The position numbers were made by a program, and so were the translations under genes. From Tubiluchus corallicola (taxonomy: Eukaryota > Animalia > Priapulida): a DNA stretch of 64,000 nucleotides. The DNA lies in the NCBI GenBank assembly GCA_030141605.1, contig JAQGDQ010000362.1:124001-188000 (forward strand). Reading direction: 5' to 3'. Below, one piece after another: positions 13,497 to 25,800 of this stretch. Under the pieces are notes generated by a model, which did no database searches, was not told the origin of the DNA, and worked only from the letters and a program-made list of their open reading frames with translations. Positions within the stretch are counted from its first letter, which is position 1, and each line of letters starts with the position of its first letter.

Positions 13497-15826
13497 ATGG
13501 GGAAGGACTATTATAGCATTCTTGGTGTTAGCCGCAATGCCTCTGAAGAGGAAATTAAAAAGGCCTACCGCAAGATGGCGTTGAAGTGGCATCCGGATAA
13601 AAATAAATCACCAGATGCTGAACAAAAGTTTAAAGAAGTAGCAGAAGCATATGATGTGTTGAGTGATAAGAACAAGAAAGATATTTATGATAAATTTGGC
13701 GAGGAAGGACTAAAAGGTGGTGTACCTGGTGCCTCTCCAGATGGTGGTGCTTACCATTACACATTCCAAGGAGATCCACGGGACATATTTAAAGCATTTT
13801 TTGGAGATGGCGATCCGTTTACAGAATTTGGTTTTGGTGGTGATCCATTTGGTATGGGAGGCATGGGCGGCAGTGGAGGGAGGCAGCCATTCTTTTTTAA
13901 TGATGGTGGAGGCCACGATTTATTTGACATGTTAGGAGGTGGAATGGGAGCTAGCACCTCTCAGCGTCAAGATGACCCAGTTGTACACCAAGTGCTTGTT
14001 TCTTTGGAAGATGTGTTGCGAGGCACTAGGAAAAAGATGAAAATATCTAGGCGAGTGGTGGCACCTGGAGGCCAAGCTAAAATTGAAGAGAAAGTACTAA
14101 ATGTCGACATCAAGCCCGGTTGGAAAGAGGGAACAAAAATTACATTTCCCAAAGAGGGGGACCAAACCCCTGGAAAAATACCTGCAGATATTGTATTTGT
14201 AGTTAAGGACAGAACTCATCCTTTGTTTAAGCGTTCTGGGAGCGATATAATATATAGAGCGAGAATTGGAATTAGAGAGGTAAGTTATTGTGTTAACTGT
14301 GCATCTGAAATTGAAAACAGAATTAGAATCTGATTGGTGATGGGGAAAACAAAATCTTAAGATAAAAATAACAGTCAGCACCCACTTAAGCAAAGACATG
14401 GCTTTGATTCAGACACAACATCTGCAACGTTTTGACACAGTTAAGGTCATGTTCACGTAATAATTCATCTAAATAAAAATACAGTGTAAAAATGCGAAAA
14501 TCAACCTATCCACGGGCATTGGCCAGAGAATGAATTGTGTTGGAATAACACAACTTTATTTTTCTGTCATTTGGCTTTTTGTCACACAATATGTAAGTTT
14601 ACGATTTAATATTTTCTTTGTTTACTTGTCACAATGTTGATATTCGTATTTTTGCACCGTATTTTTATTTAGGTGGATTTGTCGAAACGTTGCAGATGTT
14701 GTGTCTGTATAAAAGGCTAAAAGCCAACTCTTTGTATAAGTGCATGCTGGCTGTTATTTTCATTTCAAAATTAGCATAAATGCATGGTTGTATAATTTCT
14801 GCTGTCAAGTCTACCTACTCAGTAATCTCTGTGGACTGAAAACATTCCTATGGGTTAGGTGCTCCGCAGGTCATGCAACTGTATTTTTAAGCATTTCTGC
14901 TTTGACATTTATGTGATACGTGCTGATTAGAAATCCAAATTAAATGTGTCCAAATAAAGGAGATTTGATTGTGTGTGTAATTTGATAAAAGACATAGTTT
15001 CATGCCAAAATCCAATAACTTTTTCATGCACGTAGTTTTGGATTTTGGAAAAGACCTTTTTGGGAGTGCTTTCCAGATTCTAAATATGGAACATGTGTTT
15101 ATTCATCCATTTTAAATGCAAACTTTGTAAATTTTTACTTAACAGGATGCCAGTGTCAATTTATTATATGAAACTCTTTGTGAACATGAAATTTAATCTG
15201 ATAAAAGTGATTAAAAATACTTCATGGGTATAGATTTATTTGTAACATTCTGGTTTAAACTAAGACTAGGCATTTTACTCAAAATTACTGAAATAAGTTC
15301 GAAATTTCGAATTGTTGTTTTTTAGATTTCAAATTTATTTTGCATAATTTGGTACTAAAAACAGTTTCATACCGCAGTTGCAACCTTTTTTTGCTCAAGC
15401 AACATGATATGTATTTTTTTCAATGTAAAATCTTTATTAAATTTTCAAAGTGAGTGCTATCATCAGCTTAAGCATCAATCAGAGATTGTTATAAATAAGG
15501 AAATTGAACAATTTGAAGGAGAATGTATATTTGAGTCTGGTGTTTTGAAATTTGTAATACATGGTTTTTTATTTTGCCTTTAGGCTTTGATAGGCTGTAT
15601 TCTAATGGTGCCAACATTAGAAGGTGGAAAACACGAGTTACGTTTGACGGAAGTTGTAAACCCAGATTCTGTGAGAAGAATAGCAGGAAAAGGTCTACCA
15701 TATCCTAAAGAACCTCAGAGACGTGGTGATCTTATCGTTAAATTTGATATAAAATTTCCTGATCGGTTGCCAGAAGGCACTAAAGACATTCTCAGAGACT
15801 GTTTACCAAAAGGTCCATGTGAATAA
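13497..15826 (+). CDS. DnaJ homolog subfamily B (DNAJB1/4/5-like Hsp40), ~341 aa; exons 13497-14279 and 15584-15826
   Basis: J-domain MGKDYY...KWHPDKN, G/F-rich linker, C-terminal domain ([21 protein letters not shown]...[13 protein letters not shown]). Phase-0 intron GAG|GTAAGT ... TTTAG|GCT; total length divisible by 3. No zinc finger, so class B. Confidence 0.95.
14358..14765. mobile_element. MITE-like inverted repeat in the DNAJB intron
   Basis: Arms ~14358-14505 and ~14636-14765 are reverse complements, e.g. cagacacaacatctgcaacgttt / aaacgttgcagatgttgtgtctg. Confidence 0.7.
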
Positions 15827-17735
15827 TTTATTTTGTTATTATAATGTGTTGTCCATAAAGTCCATCAAATCGTTACACAAACATGGATGTGCAGAGTAGC
15901 CTAAAGACTATTGAACCTCTAGTATGTGTTTAAACTCACTTACATGAAAATGTTCTAGTTTTCTCAACATTAAGAAAGTTAGCCTTTTGTTAAATTGATG
16001 ATAATTTCATATCAGAATGTTATTGGTAATAGATAAAGCACTTGACAGGTATGTTAGTAAATAATGTAGGCAGTATGCAGTTGTGTGGTTCTAGCACACA
16101 GAGCCTTTTTTCAAAGCAAGAATTTGATGCATTCACAGTGTAATATGACCGCATTGTAAAGCTTAAATGGTTACCTTGACTGTTTTTACCTTAAATTATG
16201 TTTTCGTTATCTGCAACTGAAATATCACCATTAATTTATTTGAGGTTTAGTAAAAAGAGTAAACGTATAATGTTGCTTGTTGATCTGTAGCGTGGCCAAG
16301 TTGCAGAGATATTAAACTCCATCTTTCATGAGCATCGCAAAATCTATATAAGTTTTCTTCAGGTAGTATGTTCAGAATGAAAAAAGACGATGTAGCTTTA
16401 GGCAGATGTACTTTAGTTGGCTGAACTAAAGCACAAAGTGAGTTTATCAGTCATATATACAAATTGCAGGTATAATCATGATTCATGATACATTTATTAA
16501 ATGCGTAAACGTTAGAACTAAGATTTATTTCAATTGTAAATCAGATATTTGCAGTATAGCTGAAACTGTGCATCAAGCATTTGAATTAAATTTGACATTT
16601 ACCACTTGATGAGGTGAATAGTGCACAGTTTCTAATTAGTTTACCACCGTCTCAGGATGCTGTATTAGTTCTATATCATCTTCAGTAAGCTGTAAAGTTT
16701 TTGTTTAGCTAATGAAAGTTTACATTTGTTGTGATTTTGTTTTGTTGGCTTATTTCTTTTATTGGAGTTTTGTATCCTTGAATGAGGAACAATCAAATTC
16801 AAGTATGCTAATTCAATTGAATTTCTTTCTACCAAATCTTCAAACTATTATTTGTCTTTCATGTTGCAATTATTTATTTTATTTAAATACCTATATATTA
16901 TAAAATGTATGAAGCAAGCTAATTATAATTTTGCTCCTGAACCATTCCATTATGCAGTTGAAGGCAGTTTTGTACATCATTTGGAAATAGGGGCCTTTAG
17001 TAAGTATTATGCTAATATGAATGTAGTCCCGGTGTCCTAACACAATTTTGTCAAACTTGGATGGTAGTTTAAAATTTACTATATGCAGCGTTTCAAATTG
17101 CAAAGCAGGCAGTGATGAGTTTCCCATTATCTAGTTAACGCGTTCAATTTAACAATTAAAGGACTGCGCTGAAAGCGTATGGCCGTATGCGGAAAGGAAA
17201 AGAACTTTGCTGATTTGTCTTACTCGACTTAATTATAATTATTATTATGTTTGCTTTATTGTGGTGACTTGGAAAAACAAAGGTATATGCCTGCATTAAT
17301 TTGAAAAAAACTATGAAATGTCACGCGTAACCTATGCACAAATGTCACTTTATTGTTTTCTTAATTACGAGCCTGATGACAACATTAATTGCTCACTCGT
17401 GCGCTGCTTAAAACTTTTAGTGTAGCGTAACTGGCATTAGAACTAAACAATATAATAATGTCTTCATCCGTGAGTTAATGAGCGGATATCAAGTAAGGTA
17501 GTTATTTGAAAAAAGTTAAAACCGTAAAAAAGTTAAAGGTTAAAATTCCCGTTGTTAATTAAAGGTCACGAGTTATTATCATAATTGATCTTTACACTGA
17601 GATAAGTTACATTAGACTTTACTAAACACTAATGCATCAATACTCAGAATGAATCGCTTTTACGTTGAACTGGATCAGATTTGAAAGATTAGGCTGCATT
17701 AGATTAAATGTACAATTGATTATAATTTATTACAG

Positions 17736-17739
<4 letters not shown>

Positions 17740-17786
<47 letters not shown>
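17740..17786. repeat. (AT)n microsatellite
   Basis: Direct inspection. Confidence 0.95.
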
Positions 17787-17789
<3 letters not shown>

Positions 17790-19811
17790 ATGCTAAATGT
17801 TTGATATGTTTGATATTGGATACTAGACAGGTGAGTAGTAGGTTTGGGTTTGATGTGTTGGTAATAATTGTAAAATTAGATCAATTTTGCAGTGAAATTT
17901 TTCAAGCGGTCATTTAAGAGTAAGATTTATGTATTTCAGACTAGAATTAAGTTGAAGCATATGCTATTTTGCGTGGCGAATCGAAAACTGACCACGATAT
18001 GTGCTGTGCAAACAAAGTTAAGCAGTGCTCAGCTTGTTCAATACGTGAATTAGTGATTGTCGGGAAGACTGCGTTTGGGCGGCTTTGTTTTCAGAGTGCA
18101 TTCGAACGTGGTTTCGTATGTGAAATAGTATGCATATGTATTCATATTTCCGTACGCATTCGTATGTGAAATAGGTAAATTCGTCTGTTTGCATTTACAA
18201 CCCATAGTCACAATTCGCGATGTAAGGTGAGCGGTTCCAGAATAATGCTGTTAGTTGCCGCATCAATTATGCTTTTACTTTTCTTGAACACACCCTAACA
18301 AATAGATAAGTTCTAAAATAATTTTGAAGTAGGATGTAGGACAGCTTGATTAAAATTATAGAGAATTTGAGTGTATGGCACTGGAAACTTTTATTTAACT
18401 TTGAGACGTGTTTCTGAAGCTTCTGCACATTTCAGTTATTGTAGCTGAATAACCTATTTGCGTCTATTTCAACTGTTAGTAAATTATACAAGTAAATAAA
18501 ATAAAATTAATACAATAGTTAGGAGAATTTCAAAGTATTTACACTTGATATTCATCAGTTTCGTTACAATTTTTCGCATCAAAAGCGAAGATTAGCATTG
18601 GTAAATGGCAACTTATTCACTTTTTAAAATTAAGCCAAAAAATTAGGCCAATGAATGACTCATCAGTCATCAGGGGGGACATCGCTCAAAATTCGTTATT
18701 TTAGATAAAGTCTCAATGGCGTTACTTTATTTGAAATGTTTTGAATTGAATGCGAATACACCCGAGAAAATAATTTTCATATTCTACCAAAAAAATTGAC
18801 CACCGCCTTTTTGGTTATTATATACACGTAACCTGGCGTTGGTTAGTTTACTTTTTCAGTAAAGGCGAAATTGTGTAAAAGGGTACGTAGTAAAGAATAA
18901 TCAAAAGCAAACAGAAAGATAATTATTGGCTGTCATCTACAGTGAAAAAACTCTTACCTATCACTGATCTTTTTGACTAATAATAATAGTCGTTTATTGT
19001 CTCTTGAATGCACACCAAGTTGTCATTTACGTTAGATGGGAAAAATCAAGGCAATTCTAAGGAACGCACAAGTAATATAAGATCGTGTTTTCTAGTCAGT
19101 AGATGTAGTAACCTGCATGTATATTCATTTGAGCATTAATTCACGAAGCGCAAAGTTGTCCATTTTTCGTCTTACAAATGTAATTACCGCAGATTTGATA
19201 CTAACGAACAAAGTACAATTTAAATATAATTGTATGCTGCCATTTGCTTGAGAAGTTTGAGAACTTGAATAACGTAAGCAGAAAATACCATCTCCTTTTC
19301 AAGGAGGCATTACATAGTAACACTGAAGCTAACATTGAATTCGAAAATATCAGTTCCTATTAAAGTAGTCATGGAATAATCGAGTTCAAGTTACTAAGTA
19401 TAGGTAAAACATGAACTATAAAGTTTTTAACTTCGTTATGTATTTCCCACCAATTTAAACTTGGAAAACTCTAGTGACTAGATGGAAAGTTGCAAGTTCT
19501 GTTTTGAAATTTACTGGTATCTTAACCGAGGAATATGTTTCATTTGTAAATCGTTGGGATTTCCTGTTTTTTGACAATCTATTTTGACGTCCTTTTACTA
19601 TTATTTAATGAGTGAACCCTGTTTTTGTTATTCAGGTGCAGTGATTGAAAACGAAGTGTGCAAGAGACTTCGAAATATGTCTCCAAAGCTAAGCAAAATT
19701 CTTTACCATAATAGCTCTAAGATATGTTAACGCGTTAATGTTGGAACGAAAAGTATATATTAGTGAATTATGTATGCGTATATTTAATTACAGTATCTTA
19801 GTTAGTAGAAA

Positions 19812-22800
19812 TTACGAGCATGCGCATTCATCTACTATCATTCCGTTATGCTGAGTAATCACTATTTTTGGAGGAACAGAATTATCTAAGTGCAACATTG
19901 GTAGAGGTCGCAAACGTTTTGCTGTGCAGCAAGGTTTTGGGATGTTGCTGTTCTGGCGATGAATGGCTGCTTGAATGGTGGCGTGGGTGTTTCCCGCTTT
20001 GTACAACCGCCCACGCTTATTGGGACAACGCCCTTCGCAGAAGTAAGCCTCATAGCCTGTTGGTGCAAAGACCCAATCGTTCCAGCCGATGTCTTCGAAG
20101 GAGACGTAGAGTTTCTTTCTGCAACAGAGGCGGTTATTACCGGAGAGGTGACAGTCTTCGACACGCTGCGTTTCCTCTTTGAAACCTCCGCGTTTCGCTT
20201 TCAGCGCAGGTGAAGTTTTCCATTCGGACGTGAGTACGCTGAGCGTGGGCTTAAAATCATTAATTAAAACCTCGTCCAAGAGTTTGCTGCGATAACGTAC
20301 GTTTGCTGGAATGAAATAAATTGTCTGGCAAGTCGGTTGATTTAAACAGTCTATTTGTAGTCCATAATTAGTAATGTTTGACTGCGTCCACAATTCTACA
20401 GCCTGTGTGACATCAAAGAACTCCCAGCCGCTCTTTATTATCGAAACAGGTCTTGAAGCCAGTAGCAGTCTGACGTCATCACCTGGCTTCGTTGTCAGGT
20501 ATACGTTCACGTGGACATCATCCTCTTCTGATGTAATGGGTGATAAAATGGCTTTGAAAATTTTTAATTTGGCACTAAATACTTGCTGTGCTTTGTTATA
20601 CTTTAATGTGCTTACGTTAAAATAAAGATTCTTTCCAGTTTTCCACCATTTTGTAGCGCTCCTGGCGGGAAATGTACCTGAAAAAGAACAGTATCACTTT
20701 TTTAAGTTGTCCAACTTAGAATCGAAAAGAATCGCCATTGCTCATTATCATGACATTACCATTAAAATTATGCAATGACAATAGCAATAGTTGCTATAAT
20801 AATAGCATCGGAAGTCACAGGGTGGACACAAAAACTAAAAGCTAGATATTAGTATGATTTATTGTCTGTATTGTATTGATATTTTCTTTGTTATATCGGA
20901 TAGAGGTATTCTCAATAAAAGTATTGATCAATTCAGGCTTCGATTGAAAAAAGTAATTGAAGTGTCAGGAAAAAATTGAATAGTTTTTTAATGTACGTAA
21001 AAGCAAAACTTAAAGGATAAATTCCAACTTTTTGTTTCTTTAGAAAGTTTTTTATTTATACGGCGCTAAAGTTTCCAAATTTTCCGTTTTTATATAGCAT
21101 GATATTATTCATAACGTCTGTATCTATTTTCATGACAAGAAGCTTTATTCCAATGAAAAAATGCATTTTTAATGAATTTTTTAAATTTTTATGTCTACCT
21201 GTTATTATTCTAGTCCATTAACGTATCATTTATAAGCGAAAGAAAACGTGTACAGTGTCTTAACAAACGATACTCAGAATAGTGCAAACAACTTCGTGAG
21301 ACTTTTGCCGCAGAAAAAACGTTATGCCAGAGAAACTTTTAGAGTTTATATGTTTGTTTTTTCAATATCAAGTTAAAAACTTTAGACTAAAAACTGTTAT
21401 CCTCAGGACATGATGATACATAACTGTTGCTATTCTTTGCGCCTAACTTTTTGATAAGTAAACTTATTTTTGTTTACTGAAGTAACTGTAATTTTTACTC
21501 TATTAACGGACGTGTACAAATTTTTCTTGTTGTGTCGCGAGCAGATCGTTTTCATTGTTGCGCGTTGCTGCGACGTTTTGGAGGTTCGAACTTGATGAAT
21601 AATGAGAAAAGTAGCCATACAAGATACCATTTGAAGTCTTGCAATAAGACACGATGTGGTATTAGTCGACATGCAGAAGTCGTAAATGGCATGCTACTGT
21701 GATGCCAGAGTTCCGATAGAACTCTAGCTTGGTCACAACAGTTATCCATTTTAACAAACAGAAACACTGTTTGACTACAACAGTACGTAGAAAAGCAAAA
21801 TTCTAAGACAGTAGATTCAATTTTTCCAATAACAACACCAGGAAAACTGGCGAAAGGAGGGTAATTGAAATTATCAGCTTATTTTTAATTTAAGAGAACT
21901 TTCTTCAGATTACATAACACGTAGAAAGGCTTCTTACAACTCATGCAAGAGGCGCCCATTAAAGCAGCACTGAAGGTAAATTATGATTGGGTGTCAAAAT
22001 GTAGTTTAGGTACTGTTGATAACTATGTCATATTAACAAGACTGAATGAATTCAGATCCAAATCCGCGAGGGCCATAACCAAATCAACCATGTTGTTTTA
22101 ATGGACAAGACCTTGAATGATCTTGAAAAAAACATTTTTCTAATTGGCAATGCGCATTTTACATCAGCTGGCATTACATTTATGCCATCATTACTGCTAC
22201 CTGGCTGAGCTACTTTAACTTTAGAGCTGCATCGTCAGCCATTTTGAAGGACAGTCATCTTGATTGACTTTGAAACACCATTTTTCTGATGGACATTAAT
22301 TTTGTACATTTATACGAGCTGGTATCAAATTTATGCAGTCTAAGATGCTCCTTAGCTAAGCTATTTTGATTTTAAAGCTACATCGGCGGCCATTTTCAAT
22401 GACCTTGAAACGCTTTTCTGATAGGCCTTACGCGCTTTTATATCAGCTGATAGCTTTTGTTCGCTTTTACATAGATATGCGTATGTCATCTTATGTGCCG
22501 TATACTTGAGTGATTTTTATTTTGGCTTTAAAGCAGCTTTGGTGGCCATTTTGAATAAAGCCCCACAATGGATTCTGGGGGATTTTGAATATGTTACTCT
22601 GGCCGACCTTCTGTACGCAAAAATTCAGCTTACACTCTTTTTGTCCGGTACTTTATCTTATTTTGACCGGATTATCGCAATCAACGAATGTGTGATTAGT
22701 CCTCCACTGACAGTGATCATTGTTTGCGTGAGGGATAAGGTCATTACGGTGTGCATATAATAATGTACAGATAATACCTTCGTGCTAAATGTTATTTAAG

Positions 22801-25800
22801 GGCTATCATCGCAAATACGAACCAATTATTATCATTGATACATTGAGTTATTAAAATCATCAGAAAATAACCGTGTAGTACTATGCGAATCTATGAATTA
22901 ATGCAATTGTACGGTGCATGACAGTGTCCATCGCCTGAATGCGCACCCGGCGAAGATGAATAAATCTGATACCCTATATAATTAGTCTCGACATACAATA
23001 GAATCTATCTTGATGACATTATTAAATGATCAAACAAACTATATATAGTATTGCGACTATACGAAATCAGAAAATTTATTGCATTGGAATGCTGCTGCGT
23101 TGGAGCAGTTACAGGGTTGATGGATAAGAAGATAATGTGCGCAGAAATAAGTTTCGTTAATTTAAAGTCGAAGATTTAGAATGAACGGTTAGTTTAAAAC
23201 GAGCTGGTCTCTTCTACAAATTTCCAAAGCACATTTCAAAAATACAGGACACATTTGAAACCTTAATCAAGGTTAGGGGCATTTAAAGATAGTGGTTGCA
23301 GAAATATTTGGAATTCAAAGATTTAATGTTTTATACTTAAATCAAATAAAGTAGATGTACACTTGCATAGGATCGGAAGTAACTAAAAAAAAAACACACA
23401 GTTTTCCAAATTTTAAATATGCACATTGAAGTAAAGTTTTTTGACGTGAAAAGACGCGGATACTGCATCAGTGACGACCAAGATCTCGACTAAGACGTGA
23501 ATAGTTTGTTGTGTGTGGTCGTTGATTTTTTTGTGCACATGATCCTTTATTATTATAGACAGTCATGCTAAATGTACAGTTTTTTCCATAAATGACATTC
23601 ATAAACCTTCGAATATTTTGTGAAACACAGTACGCCATTGGGATTATTGTCTCGCATTGTTTCAGGTTTGCATTTGTTTTCACCTCTAGCAACTTGTCTT
23701 CTGTGTTTGGAGCAAAACACGAGGCAAATGACGGAAAACATCAAAAACGGCAAATTTACGAAAAAGCAAAATGCTGATCCCTCTTTGCATTTGCGTAGTT
23801 TTATTTGTAGGTGAGTAATCATACCCATGTATTATATTATACATAAGTATTTAAGTTAGTTTTTAGTAGTGTTTTTATATTTGTATGTATTTTGTGTTTT
23901 TATGTTTTACGGACTAGATTCCAAAATAAATAAATAATTCAATTCAGTTCAATTAGCATTGCCTTGCTTAGATTTATTTAGTAACATTTTTTTGTTTTTA
24001 GTTTAAATTTTCAGGTTTTTACGTAGTACTACTCGAAACGCCATTCACGAACCTTCAAATATTTTTGAAAATACAGTGTGCCCCTCTGGGATTATGTTCT
24101 TGGATTGCATGTCGTTTCGCCAGTGCACAATTCGCCAGTCTATCTTTTCGCCAGTTCGCCAGTCTATCTTTTTGCCAGTATATCCTTTCGCCAGTGTATC
24201 TTTTCGCCAGTCGGTATTTTCGCCAGTATATCCTTTCGCCAGTGTATCTTTTCGCCAGTCGGTATTTTCGCCAGTTACCGTGACTAACACCGAAGACTTA
24301 ACTGATCTGTAAGTCACCATTGACCATTAGGTATCAACATGGTTTCACTTAAACGCCTTGTGAACGGAAGATAAAAGTCCTACAGGGGCGTGTCATACTC
24401 ACTGGATTTGCAATGAAACGAGGAATCTGATGCACCAAAATCGCGAGTCGAGTTTCGTTTAGCCAGAAAACGACAATAAAAATAATGTCCAGAAATAAAG
24501 ATAATATAAAGAAAATTTGATATTCAGGATCTGCAGTTATTTTCGTTTTGCGATGTTTAGTTTCCGAGATACGCATCTTTTTGGAATAACTGAAAAACTA
24601 GACGGCGCTACTTGACCAAATTTGGTGTGCTTGTAACTAGAGTAGAGGGCCACCTTAGCTTACAATTTCGGGTCGCGACCCGTTAAGCCATCTGAATTAT
24701 GACCCGAAATTTGTCAAAATACGTCTATTTTTGAGAAGCAATTACTCCTACAAGAAGCGTCACCTACCACAATGGCGCCCAGAGGTGATTGTGCAATCAG
24801 TGATCTATCCAATGATGTGCCACACTACGGCCGTTTTTCTGGATCCGTGTCGGTTGGAAATCACGTGTATGAAGAGTGTTTTTAGTTACACTATTTTCAT
24901 ACAAAGACCTTTGTAGTATCATATCCACATTTTCATATTTGCATTAACCCATAAAAACGAATGTAAATTTTTTGTCTCGGGAATGGTAGGGGCTCATTTT
25001 ATTATTTTTGCGCTTGAACCGCTAATGTCTTTTCGCAAGCTAAATATAACTTAATACACATTGCTAATACCTAATCAAATTAAAACTTAAGGCTATTTAT
25101 TATGTTTGTTCATTTGTTTGTTTGTACTTTTACTTCAGCTAGCAGCAAACCAAACATATTTAAATATTCATGTATGTGTATGCAGAGCACACGTTAAAAT
25201 TTTAAAAATATCTTTCTAAAAATCTAAAACTAATATGGCACAAAATTTGTGATATTAACCACCAAACGGCAGATATTAAGTATCATCAGCATCAGATAAG
25301 TACAGGTAAGTATCGTTAACAACAAGTATCATCGACAGCTGGTATCTGTATTATCAGTAACAGGTAAGTACCACTTTTGTCAGATAAATATCGTCAGCAA
25401 CATGTAAGTATCATCGGTAATAGGTAAGTATCATCGTTAGCAAGCAGCTATCATACACCATGCTGACAGATTTCTTTTCTGCAAGCAGACACTATAACTA
25501 CTAGAACGTCGTTTTACGACCTTAAGTCTGCCCGCACAACTCGACAGATTATAGCGTAATTATTGGACGAACATCACAGCCAAAAATTTCGTCAATTTGG
25601 CCTCAATCACATGATATAGTAATGCATAAAACGGTGACATTGAACATACAGGAATAATCTGATTTCAAAACGGGTTGGCGTTATATCGTCAAACAGTTTA
25701 ACTAAACTTTTACAAGAGATGTAGATTCCAAAATTAGGTATTTCGACACCTTCATCTCATATAATAAAAGAGACATCTCGTTCATGCAGTTTGTCAAATT

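Noticed and set aside
13710-14399. Antisense and alternative-frame ORFs overlapping DNAJB
   Set aside because: Shadows of the real coding exon, with no independent motifs.
21430-21767. Minus-strand ORFs as a possible middle TGF-beta exon
   Set aside because: Exons 1 and 2 already join in phase to give a full-length precursor, and these ORFs lack family motifs.
24045-24320. Repetitive ORFs (WRKDTLAKGY...) and a CRISPR-like appearance
   Set aside because: These are ~15-bp tandem units without unique spacers and with no cas genes. The ORFs are by-products of the repeat.
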